A DNA stretch of 64,000 bases from a virus. Below the pieces are notes generated by a model, which worked only from the letters and a program-made list of their open reading frames with translations, did no database searches and was not told the origin of the DNA. The translations under genes were made by a program, and so were the position numbers. Shown in pieces: positions 47,472 through 57,390 of this stretch (position 1 is its first letter; each line of letters opens with the position of its first letter). The stretch lies in IMG/VR virus record IMGVR_UViG_3300050343_000163; one strand, given 5' to 3'.

Positions 47472-48089
47472 TTAGCTACCGAATGTTAGTGTTGCTGCAC
47501 CATTAGACATTACTTCTTCAGTACCACCCGCAGAGGTGATCTTGACTCTAAACTTGTTACCGTCCAGAGTATCGCCAGCGAGACCACTGTAAGCAAGAGT
47601 TGCTGTCGTGAAGTCTGCATAAGTAATACCTGTGTCTGTGCCAGCAGCGATGTTAACCCAACGCTTACCAGTTGCAGTTTGACGCTGCCACTGATATGCA
47701 AGTGCTCCAGGTGTTCCTGTTGTCGTAGTGGTGAGGGTGTAAGTACCAGCACCCGAAGAAGATGTAGAGTTAGCAGGTTGAACCGTAATGGTTACTGCCG
47801 ATGCTACGTCTGCTGCGATAGTGTCATCAGTTTGTGTCTCGTTAGAATTGAGATCAGGGTTAGCGATATTCACAAGTTGCTCTGCTTTATGGCGAGTGTT
47901 GCCATCCGCATCAGTATATGTGAAATAGGACCACCAACCAGGAGCGGTGATACCACGGGATCTAGTTTCTGCTAGTTGCGCCTCAGTTTTGTCAACAAAG
48001 ACAGTTGTTTTTGCTTGACTTGACGCTGCAATGCCCACACCAGCTTTGGTTTTGTTTGCATTGCTGTCAGTTCTTCCGTAAAGGGACAT
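47472..48089 (-). CDS. Virion structural protein with Ig-like C-terminus
   Basis: MSLYG...GITAPGWW...RHKAEQLV; ITVQP...YQWQ...FRVKITS. Confidence 0.75.
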   Translation of the reverse strand: MSLYGRTDSNANKTKAGVGIAASSQAKTTVFVDKTEAQLAETRSRGITAPGWWSYFTYTDADGNTRHKAEQLVNIANPDLNSNETQTDDTIAADVASAVTITVQPANSTSSSGAGTYTLTTTTTGTPGALAYQWQRQTATGKRWVNIAAGTDTGITYADFTTATLAYSGLAGDTLDGNKFRVKITSAGGTEEVMSNGAATLTFGS

Positions 48090-48125
48090 TGACGTGTGCT
48101 CCGAATATTACTATTATCTAATGTT

Positions 48126-48154
48126 TATTTATAAAAAGGGGGATTGCTCCCCCT
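48126..48154 (-). promoter_or_regulatory. Terminator hairpin followed by TATAAATA late promoter
   Basis: AGGGGG-AGCAAT-CCCCCT-TTTT-ATAAATA. Confidence 0.7.
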
Positions 48155-48160
48155 AGAGTA

Positions 48161-48361
48161 TTACTCTTCTCTTGCTTTAATAGCAGCGGTCACAGTTTCA
48201 AGTAGTTTGTCATCCATATCGGTCTTAGTCAGTTTAACTGCCTTACCGAGAATAACTAAACAGATATCAATCAGTTTTTCTCCAAGTTCCTCGTTTTCAG
48301 GGATCTTGGAAACTGCGTCTGAAATTACTTTTGTTGCGAGTGGTAATAGAAAGGATAGCAT
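48161..48361 (-). CDS. Conserved cyanophage small protein
   Basis: MLSFLLPLATKVI...AVKLTKTDMDDKLL. Confidence 0.7.
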   Translation of the reverse strand: MLSFLLPLATKVISDAVSKIPENEELGEKLIDICLVILGKAVKLTKTDMDDKLLETVTAAIKAREE

Positions 48362-48388
48362 AATCTTAAATCATATTGCATAGCCTAT

Positions 48389-48751
48389 TTATTTCTCCCA
48401 CTCGTCTAAGATATCAGTAATCTTTGACATGAATTGTTTGAAAGTTAATAAAGTACCAGAACGATAGTCACGGCGTGCTTTTTGAACACCACCCTCAAAT
48501 GATTCTTTTACTTTTCTTTCTTCAATAGGATCAAATCCTCTTCCTTTTACAACAGAAGACCACGGTGCATACAAAGGACCTTGATAGTTCTTTGCTTCAT
48601 TAGTTGCGCGGGTGGTCATCCCTTTCTTACCATCAGGAATATTAGGCATCACTTCTACATTACCAGATTTTTTATTCTTTAGTTTAGATTTTACCTTCTT
48701 TTCCTTTTCATCGCAACCGCACTCTTCACGGAACTTATCAAAGGATTTCAT
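48389..48751 (-). CDS. Putative internal head protein
   Basis: N-terminus MKSFDKFREE resembles the T4 capsid-targeting sequence. Confidence 0.6.
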   Translation of the reverse strand: MKSFDKFREECGCDEKEKKVKSKLKNKKSGNVEVMPNIPDGKKGMTTRATNEAKNYQGPLYAPWSSVVKGRGFDPIEERKVKESFEGGVQKARRDYRSGTLLTFKQFMSKITDILDEWEK

Positions 48752-49545
48752 TTTTTCTTCTTCGTCATTGAGATGATTTTAGTGACCTTCTTACGACGTG
48801 CATGTAAATACTTGTCAGACTTATCTACATCACCATCGTTATCGATGTCAGCATCTGCCTTACCAACTGGGTCGAGTTTCTTCTCAGTTAGTTCAACCTC
48901 TTCTTTCTTAGCAGTCTTTGCTGCTTTCTTGAATGCATCCTTAGCAGGATAGTCTTCACTACCTGCTTTTGCAGGTGCTTCCCCACGCTTTCTCTTAGCA
49001 TGGATATTAGCATAAAGTCCTTTCTTTGCTTCTTCTAGCTCTTCACCATCATGCTCAATGACCTTACCGTCAGCATCTTTTTGATGATGCTCTGTTACTT
49101 CCTCTTCCTTTACACAGTTAGGAACTTCTTTACCACCTTTCTTCTTAGTTCCCTTTGCCTTATATCCTTTCCAGCATGTAGAAGCACCAACGTTATCACG
49201 AGCTGCTGCCATACCTTCAGTAGCATATCTCCTCTTCTCTAGGACATAAACTTCACCATCAATTTCAACCTCCTCTCTTTCTAAAACTTCGTACTCTTCC
49301 TTAGTAGCTAGTTGTGCTTTAGGTGACTCCTTCTTAGGTCCCTTTTTCTTTGTCGTAATTTTTTCCAGTTCAGCACCATTGGATTGTGGATCCATTCCAT
49401 CAAAAGGAGCTTCGGATAAATGCAAGTCAGGCATCTCAGTGTTCTGGAAGCAATCGCCACCCATCCACTTACCATACTGTTCCATCAGTCCAGATGAAAA
49501 CTCGTCACTGTGTCTTACTTTATTAATAGGATCTGGCTTCTTCAT
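48748..49545 (-). CDS. Putative internal head protein (E/K-rich, DxDxDG loop)
   Basis: CWKGYKAKG...VPNCVKEE, KKGLYANIHAKRKRG, DADIDNDGDVD; TATAAATA upstream near 49572. Confidence 0.65.
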   Translation of the reverse strand: MKKPDPINKVRHSDEFSSGLMEQYGKWMGGDCFQNTEMPDLHLSEAPFDGMDPQSNGAELEKITTKKKGPKKESPKAQLATKEEYEVLEREEVEIDGEVYVLEKRRYATEGMAAARDNVGASTCWKGYKAKGTKKKGGKEVPNCVKEEEVTEHHQKDADGKVIEHDGEELEEAKKGLYANIHAKRKRGEAPAKAGSEDYPAKDAFKKAAKTAKKEEVELTEKKLDPVGKADADIDNDGDVDKSDKYLHARRKKVTKIISMTKKKK

Positions 49546-49548
49546 TTC

Positions 49549-49776
49549 TTAAAGGGAGGTTCTTCTCGTATTATTTATAGATCTAATGTTCTTAATCCAT
49601 TCACGAAACATATTTCCTTCTTCAGAAATAATGATAGCGTAGTTGCCACCTGCTCTATGAATGTGTCCTTTGTCTCCTGTACGTGATGACATAACAATAT
49701 CACCTTCTTTGAAAACTTCATCCTGCCGTTGTTGTTGACGGAGTGCTTCTTCACGCAACTTCTTAAAATCTTTCAT
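49549..49776 (-). CDS. Small beta-barrel-like protein with CTS-like N-terminus
   Basis: MKDFKKLREEA...FKEGDIV...GHIHRAGGNYAI. Confidence 0.65.
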   Translation of the reverse strand: MKDFKKLREEALRQQQRQDEVFKEGDIVMSSRTGDKGHIHRAGGNYAIIISEEGNMFREWIKNIRSINNTRRTSL

Positions 49777-50336
49777 TTAAAATTCTTAGGTAGTGCCATT
49801 GCAATCTCTGCCATAAGAGCACGACAATCACGATCATTTAATGCTCTGGGAATACCCTTTCTGAATGTATCAAAGTCACCAGCATGTGCTGCACGTCTCA
49901 TCTTAGTTCCAGAAATGGCAAAGGTATCGCCATCAGCGTCTCTACTTCCAGAAGATTGGATATCAATTTTACGGAATGAGAAATCTTTACCATTATATTT
50001 ATGGAGGAACTGCATAGCAGCAACTCTGTCAGAACCTACAAGGAATATAACTTCATTGTATCCTGCAAGCATAATGTCCTGTAAAATTTTAACTGGATCT
50101 CTAGGACCACTATAAATTTTACCTTTATGTTCAGGAAACATCTTATCCATATAAAACTTTTTACGATCTGGTGGCAATGGATTGCTACCTTTTGTATCTA
50201 CAGTTTGTGAAATGTAGATACGATAATCATGTAACCCTGCAGCTGCTTTTACGCCAGCAAAGTTATCTTTGTGTCCTGTAGTAGGTGGTTGAAACCTACC
50301 AAATGTAAAATAGCACTTGTTACAATTTAACGCCAT
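49773..50336 (-). CDS. Cytidylyltransferase-family (HIGH-like) nucleotidyltransferase
   Basis: FTFGRFQPPTTGH, LVGSDRV, ISGTKMR. Confidence 0.88.
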   Translation of the reverse strand: MALNCNKCYFTFGRFQPPTTGHKDNFAGVKAAAGLHDYRIYISQTVDTKGSNPLPPDRKKFYMDKMFPEHKGKIYSGPRDPVKILQDIMLAGYNEVIFLVGSDRVAAMQFLHKYNGKDFSFRKIDIQSSGSRDADGDTFAISGTKMRRAAHAGDFDTFRKGIPRALNDRDCRALMAEIAMALPKNFK

Positions 50337-51520
50337 TGCTTCTGAAGAGTAAAGTTGTTGTATGCAAACTCCATACGGTTAACAAACTTAATCATACTGC
50401 CATCCTTATGCAGAACATATCCTTCAGGAGTTGTGACCTTATATCCTTTCTCTGTCTGGACAAAAGTCCTGAACTCTTCTAGGTGGTCAAGTTTATCTAT
50501 AACCATTTGCTTCACTGCTTGCAATTCTTTGTACAGTGTTAGCATTGCTTTGAACTTGTCATTATTTTTCTCAACATATAATTGACTGCCATATACAAGT
50601 TCTCTTTTCTTAGTCAGGTTTGCAACTGTTTTGATCTTGGCAAGTTCTTTACTTGTTTTCTCTTCATAGAAATTGAGCATGGAATACATTGTTTCATCAA
50701 TGTTTCCAATAGAACGAGCATTCTTAATTTCATTATTGAAGAACTGTTTTAAGTATGATGCAATATGAAACTTAGCATCTCCAGTAGTTCCTGTTTTAGT
50801 AACCAACTCATCTAAAAAATCTCCACATGTACTACACATGCGTTCAATAGTGGAGATATAACGATCAAACTTACCCATCTCTGCACGAGAAAAACCAACT
50901 CTATGCATTGGTGTATCATTTTGAATTACTAAAGCTTCAGTAGATCCTTTTACTTTTGCACCAGCTCTTGCTTGCATGTCAGCAACTACGTCTCCAGTAT
51001 AATGAGTATGAAATACTACACCAACTTTTGCAGTGCCTGCTGCCTTACCAATAGGATGATCTACTGGAATACCATAAGTAATAGTATTTGGTCTGAATGT
51101 ATACAAATCTTCTCCATTAATTCGTTCCCTTCTAATATCAGAAGTAAATAAAAGATCACCTTGTACCACACCTTCAATACCTAAAGTAGAAAAATAACGA
51201 AGAGAGAATTTTAATTTTTCTGCTAGGTCACCATCATACCACCCATCAATCTGTTCTTCACTATAGCAAAGTTTAGGAGCAGTCTTTGCAAATACAGATT
51301 TGGTGCCAACAAAAAACATTCCTGTCTGAGGATCTGTGCCACAAATAACTGAAGGAGCACCGTCCCATTTTGTTTGCATAAAACCACCACTCTCTTGATG
51401 ACCCAACATTTTCTTAAGTTCTTTTAAAAAAGACACAGCAGCTTTACAACCCTCAACTCCATAGTTGAGCATTTCATCTTCTAGATGTTCTAAATGTTTT
51501 AGCTGTTTAATGTTTGACAT
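50327..51520 (-). CDS. DUF6267-like protein with covalent nucleotidyltransferase (ligase) motifs
   Basis: HLEHLED, TKWDGAP (KxDG), QGDLLF, PEGYVL, IKFV. Confidence 0.7.
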   Translation of the reverse strand: MSNIKQLKHLEHLEDEMLNYGVEGCKAAVSFLKELKKMLGHQESGGFMQTKWDGAPSVICGTDPQTGMFFVGTKSVFAKTAPKLCYSEEQIDGWYDGDLAEKLKFSLRYFSTLGIEGVVQGDLLFTSDIRRERINGEDLYTFRPNTITYGIPVDHPIGKAAGTAKVGVVFHTHYTGDVVADMQARAGAKVKGSTEALVIQNDTPMHRVGFSRAEMGKFDRYISTIERMCSTCGDFLDELVTKTGTTGDAKFHIASYLKQFFNNEIKNARSIGNIDETMYSMLNFYEEKTSKELAKIKTVANLTKKRELVYGSQLYVEKNNDKFKAMLTLYKELQAVKQMVIDKLDHLEEFRTFVQTEKGYKVTTPEGYVLHKDGSMIKFVNRMEFAYNNFTLQKQWR

Positions 51521-52761
51521 TACTTCTTATAATAATCTCCATTGGTATGTGTAGGATAAACTCCACCTTGTTTGTTTCTAATATTAAATTTGAAATTATA
51601 TGATTTAGTTTCAAATAACATATCAATACGTTTACCTTTACCAGTAGCACCACCATAATTAATCTCAACTGTATTGCTAACAAGAGAAGCAGCTTTGTTC
51701 ATGTAGTCTCGATCGATCTCATAAAATTCTAAATGAGATCCTGTATAATGCGCCATCCAATATCCATAACCAACTCCACTCTTAATCATATCCTGTAATG
51801 CTGTCTTACCAGAAGTTGATAGTTTAGTATCATCAACATGATTTTCTACTGTAGGACCACTTTTAGTTCCGTAGTTAGCAAATACATCTAAAAATTTTTG
51901 TTGATCTATACCAAACATTTCTAGAAATTCTTGACCATCATCAGGCACTTCACCTAGTTTTAATTTTGCTTCTGGAAATAAAGCTAGATTATCTTTACCA
52001 CTACTACGTACACCACAGTTAAAGAAAGATAATGTGCTTCCAAACTTTACTGAGATGTATACTGGTTTGTTAGCAACTGTCAGTGTAATATCTGTGATAG
52101 TCTTTCCAATATCATTTGTAGTTGAACCACCAGCAGAGATAACAATATTACTTCCTTTCTTTTTAAGAGGACGTTTCTGATTCTTTTCACCCTCGCCTTT
52201 TGCGAAGGTAGGTCCTTCTCCAAATTTTTTGACCATGGCATCAATAATCATATTGACATGATCTGGATATTTTTTAGGTTTTTTACCAGAACAATAATCA
52301 ATTAAGGATTGAGTAAGATCATCTTCATAAACATTACCCATATTAATTTTTTTACCACCTTTGATTTGTCCACCAAACTCACTAGTTTTTGTAAAGTCTT
52401 CTAAGTCTAAGTAAATATCAACACTACTTACAGCACGAGACACATTTTTTCCAGCAGGAAAATTGCATGTAAATTCAATATTGTTTTTACCACGAAGACC
52501 TTCTCTACACACAGCATCAAAAAGCATCTTTGCAGAATTTTCTTTACCAGCATTTCCTTTGATACTATGAAAATCTTGAAAGGGTGAAGTTACATACTTA
52601 CCTGCATTTTTACGAGTGACTGTAAATCCTGCTACCTCAACAATACCAATGTCTGTTGAGAAAAGATTTTCTTTTCCATTACGTCTTAAAGCTTTATCAA
52701 ATAAGGTATCCATACGATCAAGATACCTTCCACCATTTCTGAAAAAATCTCCTGCTTTCAT
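51520..52761 (-). CDS. Putative PD-(D/E)XK endonuclease-fold protein
   Basis: KTSEFGG...GNVYE...TDITL...YISVK; CTAAATA upstream. Confidence 0.5.
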   Translation of the reverse strand: MKAGDFFRNGGRYLDRMDTLFDKALRRNGKENLFSTDIGIVEVAGFTVTRKNAGKYVTSPFQDFHSIKGNAGKENSAKMLFDAVCREGLRGKNNIEFTCNFPAGKNVSRAVSSVDIYLDLEDFTKTSEFGGQIKGGKKINMGNVYEDDLTQSLIDYCSGKKPKKYPDHVNMIIDAMVKKFGEGPTFAKGEGEKNQKRPLKKKGSNIVISAGGSTTNDIGKTITDITLTVANKPVYISVKFGSTLSFFNCGVRSSGKDNLALFPEAKLKLGEVPDDGQEFLEMFGIDQQKFLDVFANYGTKSGPTVENHVDDTKLSTSGKTALQDMIKSGVGYGYWMAHYTGSHLEFYEIDRDYMNKAASLVSNTVEINYGGATGKGKRIDMLFETKSYNFKFNIRNKQGGVYPTHTNGDYYKK

Positions 52762-52782
52762 ATGAAAAAACCTCCCGTCTAA

Positions 52783-52980
52783 CTATTTAGAGGAGAGGTC
52801 GAGATAATCTTTTTCATTTTGATATGGGTGTGTTTGTCCTGTCCACAATTCATATCCTTCTTTAAGTTCTGGCAAGAGCCACTGGTCCACCCGAACACAT
52901 TGTTCCCAGTTGACAGGATGAGCACAATTCACAACTACCACAGTAAAGAATGCTCGTAAGTGGATCCAGAGACTGAGCAT
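52783..52980 (-). CDS. Conserved cyanophage small protein
   Basis: VVVNCAHPVNWEQCVRVDQWL. Confidence 0.65.
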   Translation of the reverse strand: MLSLWIHLRAFFTVVVVNCAHPVNWEQCVRVDQWLLPELKEGYELWTGQTHPYQNEKDYLDLSSK

Positions 52981-53393
52981 TATCTATCGTCAACAGCACG
53001 AACTTCTGAGTTGTGAACATTGAACTCACCACCAGGATAACGCTTCTTCAGTTTGTTGACGTTGGTTTCAATTACCTCATCGAAGGATATATCAAGTGCC
53101 ATTGTAGCTTGAGCAACGTACCACATAACATCACCCAACTCAATGATAAGATGCTCACGATTATCTTCGTTCCACGGTTTTCCTTGGAAGACCATCTTCT
53201 TAATGATCTCAAGGAACTCACCACCCTCAGCATTAATTCCAACCCCAGCAGTAAGAAGTCTCTCAATATTGGCACCTTGTCGATCAAGATCACCAATACG
53301 ATCAGCAAAGTCAACAAAGTTTGTAGAAGCGTCTGAAGTAACTGCTGAAACAAATTCTTCATAGCGTTCAAATTTAATAGTCATACGTTCCAC
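52980..53393 (-). CDS. mazG: MazG nucleotide pyrophosphohydrolase
   Basis: GINAEGGEFLEIIKK...ELGDVMWY...NVNKLKKRYP. Confidence 0.93.
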   Translation of the reverse strand: MERMTIKFERYEEFVSAVTSDASTNFVDFADRIGDLDRQGANIERLLTAGVGINAEGGEFLEIIKKMVFQGKPWNEDNREHLIIELGDVMWYVAQATMALDISFDEVIETNVNKLKKRYPGGEFNVHNSEVRAVDDR

Positions 53394-54766
53394 TCGGCAA
53401 ATTTAGATAGTCTAGATTGTGTGTCAGCAAATTGCTGGAAGTCCTCACCAGGAGCTTCTTCATTGATACCAATAGCTGAGGCATCATCAGCAACATCATA
53501 CAGCCTCATCTTCGATCTGTCAATTCCCACCATGAATTTTCGTGAGGTAACGATGTCTGAGTATCTGTTTTTAAGTTGTTTGACCATGATGCGACCTTGT
53601 TGTTCCAACTCCTCAGTAGAGATAAGGGCAAACATAAAATCAGCAGTGGCAGGAAGACCAAAAGACTCAGAAGTATCGGTAAGATCTGGATCGCTATTGC
53701 CAAAACCAGAACGAGTGGTCTGAGTAGCACTAACAATAGGGACGTTATGTTCCACAGCAAGACCCCGAAGCTCCTCAGCAATCGCCTTAACATAGGTATA
53801 CGAGTTAACAACGGCACCTTTGTACCTCACGCTTGCACATATATTTAAATAATCAATGAATATAAGATCTGGTTTAAAATCTTTTTTTAATCTGAGATCG
53901 CTTAGAAGTCCTTTAAAATGTCCCACATGTGCAGAAGCTGTTGGATACTCCTTGATAATAAGTTTGCCCTGAGTTTTCCTAGCGATCTCATTAACCTTAC
54001 TGGTAAAAAGAACCTCAGGTAATTCTGTAATATCTTTTACAGCAACGTTTAAAAGATTTGCGTCAATTCGTTCAGCAATCTTTTCCTCTGCCATCTCACA
54101 TGTAATGTAGAGAACGTTGTACCCCTGTGAGAGAGCGGCACCAGCTGCATGGCACATGAATAGAGACTTCCCGACACCTGTACCAGCAAGAGCGACATTG
54201 AGAGTCTTGTTAGAGATACCACCTTTCGTGATAAAGTTAAACTTTTCAAGATCAAAGGGAACCTTCTCTTCTTTGCGATGGTAGAATTCATATCTGTCTG
54301 TTGCTTGTTCAATATAATCATGTCCTATGTGTTCGTCGAACGATACCGCCAAGGCTTCTTGGAGTATGGAGGGTATCGCATCTCTCGAAAGTTTTTTATC
54401 GCCTCCATCTGCGATCTTGATCGAGGACATAAGGGCGAGATAGATTGCTCTGTCTTGACACCATTTTTCTGTTGCATCGAGGAGCCACTCTTGGTCAACC
54501 CATTCGTCTGATAAGGAGGATACTGTCTGTACCGAACTTTGAAACGATTCGTCAGTAAGGTCATTACGATTTTGTAAGTTAATCGTAAGAATTTCTTTAG
54601 TAGGAACTTTGTCGTACTTAGAAGAAAACTCGGCAATCTCCTCAAAGATAATCTTCTCATGATAATTCTCGTAGTATTCTGCTTTGAGAAATGGGACTAC
54701 CTTTCGATAATACTCCTCGTTATGTAGGAGGTTTCTGAGGATAGTTTCTTCAATCCGTTCAATCAT
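53381..54766 (-). CDS. gp41: Replicative DNA helicase
   Basis: ALAGTGVGKSL, FIDYLNIC, SATQTTRSG, ESFGLPATAD, KQLKNRY. Confidence 0.97.
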   Translation of the reverse strand: MIERIEETILRNLLHNEEYYRKVVPFLKAEYYENYHEKIIFEEIAEFSSKYDKVPTKEILTINLQNRNDLTDESFQSSVQTVSSLSDEWVDQEWLLDATEKWCQDRAIYLALMSSIKIADGGDKKLSRDAIPSILQEALAVSFDEHIGHDYIEQATDRYEFYHRKEEKVPFDLEKFNFITKGGISNKTLNVALAGTGVGKSLFMCHAAGAALSQGYNVLYITCEMAEEKIAERIDANLLNVAVKDITELPEVLFTSKVNEIARKTQGKLIIKEYPTASAHVGHFKGLLSDLRLKKDFKPDLIFIDYLNICASVRYKGAVVNSYTYVKAIAEELRGLAVEHNVPIVSATQTTRSGFGNSDPDLTDTSESFGLPATADFMFALISTEELEQQGRIMVKQLKNRYSDIVTSRKFMVGIDRSKMRLYDVADDASAIGINEEAPGEDFQQFADTQSRLSKFAEWNV

Positions 54767-55616
54767 TAAAATTTAACCTAGCAAAGGATTTTTCACTTAA
54801 CCTTGTTTGAATTAGTTTACCATAGTCTTCATGTAATTCGCAACCCAAATAATGTCTTTGTAATGATTTGGCAACCAAGGCAGTAGTACCAGATCCCATA
54901 AATGGATCTAATACAAGATCACCTTCTTCACTACCAGCTTTGATACATGGTTCAATTAACTCTGGTGGATACACAGCAAAGTGTGCTCCCTTGTATGGTT
55001 TAGTTTTAATTTCCCATACAGTTTTCTTACGCTTCAACCCCTTACCATCCACAGTTGATTCTTTGATAGCATTAACATCAAAATAATAATTTTGACTTTT
55101 ACTAAACAAGAAAATATACTCGTGAGATTTAGTGCATCTATCTCTCACACTCTCTGGCATTGGATTAGGTTTATTCCAAATAATATCTTGTCTTAGATAC
55201 CATCCGTCTGCTCTCATAGCAAAAGCAAACATCCAAGGAATACCAATAAGATCTTTTTCTTTAAGACCTTCTAGTTTGTTACCTCGTCTGGCACATGTGC
55301 TAGGTAAATCTTGGTTAGTTTTAGATACTGATTGTTTATGAATAGCTTGACCTTTACCTGGTCTATAGTTGTAATAACTATCACCAAGATTAACCCAGCA
55401 TGTTCCATCATCAGTAAGACAATTTCTTACCTCACGAAAAACCTTTACAAGATTGTCAACATATTCTTCTGGTGTTTGTTCCAGACCAATCTGATCTTCT
55501 TCACCACCATAGTTACGTAGACCATAGTAAGGTGGTGAGGTAACACACATCCTAGCTTTACTATCAAACTCTTTAAGAGTTTCACGACAGTCACCGTAGA
55601 GAATAGTATCCTTCAA
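54759..55616 (-). CDS. Beta-class amino-methyltransferase (N4-C or N6-A)
   Basis: TSPPY catalytic motif precedes the DPFMGSGTT SAM-binding motif; HFAVYP. Confidence 0.9.
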   Translation of the reverse strand: MKDTILYGDCRETLKEFDSKARMCVTSPPYYGLRNYGGEEDQIGLEQTPEEYVDNLVKVFREVRNCLTDDGTCWVNLGDSYYNYRPGKGQAIHKQSVSKTNQDLPSTCARRGNKLEGLKEKDLIGIPWMFAFAMRADGWYLRQDIIWNKPNPMPESVRDRCTKSHEYIFLFSKSQNYYFDVNAIKESTVDGKGLKRKKTVWEIKTKPYKGAHFAVYPPELIEPCIKAGSEEGDLVLDPFMGSGTTALVAKSLQRHYLGCELHEDYGKLIQTRLSEKSFARLNFND

Positions 55617-56302
55617 TTGATGCTCTCCTTAACAAATAGTTCTTCCATTTTACCATGATTCATACGGAATGCAGTACCACGATTACGAAGAGATTTGCCA
55701 ATCATCTTCTGTGTACGCATACGAATATCAATAGCAATCATATTATTCTCGATTGCAGTGCGAAACAAGTTCTTGTCAGTACCAATGAAACGGTATGCTT
55801 CATTGTAATGGAAGTATTCTACACCGTCACGTTTCTCAACGTCAGCAAATACTTTCACACATGCAGGAAACTTCTTAGCAAACTGATTAATCAATGTGTC
55901 CCAATCCCACATAACAATAATAACATTGCCATGACAGATAGCACAGTAGTCATCAGTGGTCACGATCTGAAGACCACGCTTATTAACAGTTTTAGTTACA
56001 GTAGATTGTCCACTCAACTCACCAATCTTTGTGGTGTGAGGGAAACCATATGTTTCAATATAATCTCTCTGGGGTACAACCCAATCACCCTCTTTAGCGA
56101 ACAGTGTTTGCTTACCACCAGCACCTTTACGTGCTGTCTTTAACTCATTGCCATCAATATCTGGTCCTGCAATGTTATTCTCTTCCAGTCCCAATTCTTG
56201 CTCGAAGGTGTGACCCACACCAGTGTTACCTGTACGGTGGGTTTTAATGTAACCACGTTCTTTGATCGCATTAAATTTTTGCTTGAACGTTATGAGATCC
56301 AT
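55613..56302 (-). CDS. Type II restriction endonuclease, MvaI/BcnI family
   Basis: Start MDLITF with RBS GAGG; GNTGVGHTFEQELGLEENNIAGPDIDGNELKTAR...TLFAKEG; RNRGTAFR. Confidence 0.8.
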   Translation of the reverse strand: MDLITFKQKFNAIKERGYIKTHRTGNTGVGHTFEQELGLEENNIAGPDIDGNELKTARKGAGGKQTLFAKEGDWVVPQRDYIETYGFPHTTKIGELSGQSTVTKTVNKRGLQIVTTDDYCAICHGNVIIVMWDWDTLINQFAKKFPACVKVFADVEKRDGVEYFHYNEAYRFIGTDKNLFRTAIENNMIAIDIRMRTQKMIGKSLRNRGTAFRMNHGKMEELFVKESIN

Positions 56303-56329
56303 GGGTAATCCTCGATGGTTGATAGACAT

Positions 56330-56362
56330 ACTATACAATGAAAAAGGGGGTCTTGCAACCCC
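56330..56362 (-). promoter_or_regulatory. uvsX terminator with embedded sigma70-like promoter for the REase
   Basis: GGGG-TTGCAAGA-CCCC plus T5; TTGCAA-N17-TATAGT with extended TG. Confidence 0.72.
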
Positions 56363-56376
56363 ATGTAGACAGCTTG

Positions 56377-57390
56377 TCAATTGCCATAGGTGAATTCTTG
56401 TTTAGCTGCTTCTTCTAGTTTTGCCATCACTTCTTCAGTGAAATACTTCTCAGGACTTGAGAGAATAGATTTAGGATAAACAGAAGATTCACCAACCTTA
56501 ATACGATTACCAACCCGCTGGAAGACCCCGTATTGTTCACCCAACTCCAATAACCCGTAATATTTGTCCAGTCCACGGTCGTCAAAAAATAGACGTGTCT
56601 CAATCTTACTACCCTCCTTAGTTAAACGTGATTTCTTTGCTTCACACTTGATGATGTTACCTACCAATTCAGTACCATCTTTCTCTTTCTTTTTACCAAG
56701 ATAGATGATAGTAGATGCAGCATACTTAAGACCTGTACCACCACCCATTTCTTTCATCGGAACATAGGAACCGATAACATCATATGTATGGTTGGTAACA
56801 ATCATAGGAACTTGTGCTTGACCCAGTTTAAGTGTAAGCACACGAAAGGCACCCTTGATCAACTGACTCTTAGTCATGTCCCTGACCTGCTTATCGTTAG
56901 CAACGTCTTCCATCTCCTTGTTAGTTGAAAGCATACCAAGAGAATCTAACACAAACATCATAGGTTCACGTTTGTCTTTAGGTTCTTTCATATACTTGTC
57001 AACGATACGACAAGCTTGAGTCCTGAACTCTTCAATAGTTGAGACAGGAAACAAAACCATGCGTTGAGAATCAATACCACGCGACTCAATCATGTCACGG
57101 GAAATGGCGGATTCAGTTTCAAAATAAATGACGCCACCTGTAGGATTATCGCGGAGGAAATTACGAACGACACTAAGAGCAAAAAAAGTTTTTCCAGTGC
57201 TTGATTCTCCTGCAAGAGCGGTGACTTTGTTTGAAGGAAGACCTCCATACAACGAACCACTAACCAAGGCGTTAAAGATATAACTGCCAGTATCAACGTA
57301 ATCAGTAATGTCGCCAGCAGCGACTCCTTCACTAACCAAACCAGCAAATTCATTGCCACTATCTTTAATTACAGAATTTAAGAATCCCAT
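56377..57390 (-). CDS. uvsX: RecA-like recombinase
   Basis: [32 protein letters not shown]. Confidence 0.97.
   Translation of the reverse strand: MGFLNSVIKDSGNEFAGLVSEGVAAGDITDYVDTGSYIFNALVSGSLYGGLPSNKVTALAGESSTGKTFFALSVVRNFLRDNPTGGVIYFETESAISRDMIESRGIDSQRMVLFPVSTIEEFRTQACRIVDKYMKEPKDKREPMMFVLDSLGMLSTNKEMEDVANDKQVRDMTKSQLIKGAFRVLTLKLGQAQVPMIVTNHTYDVIGSYVPMKEMGGGTGLKYAASTIIYLGKKKEKDGTELVGNIIKCEAKKSRLTKEGSKIETRLFFDDRGLDKYYGLLELGEQYGVFQRVGNRIKVGESSVYPKSILSSPEKYFTEEVMAKLEEAAKQEFTYGN

Noticed and set aside
56303-56380. N-terminal extension of the REase ORF (255-aa call)
   Set aside because: The extension spans the terminator and promoter; ATG 56302 has an RBS and follows the predicted TSS.
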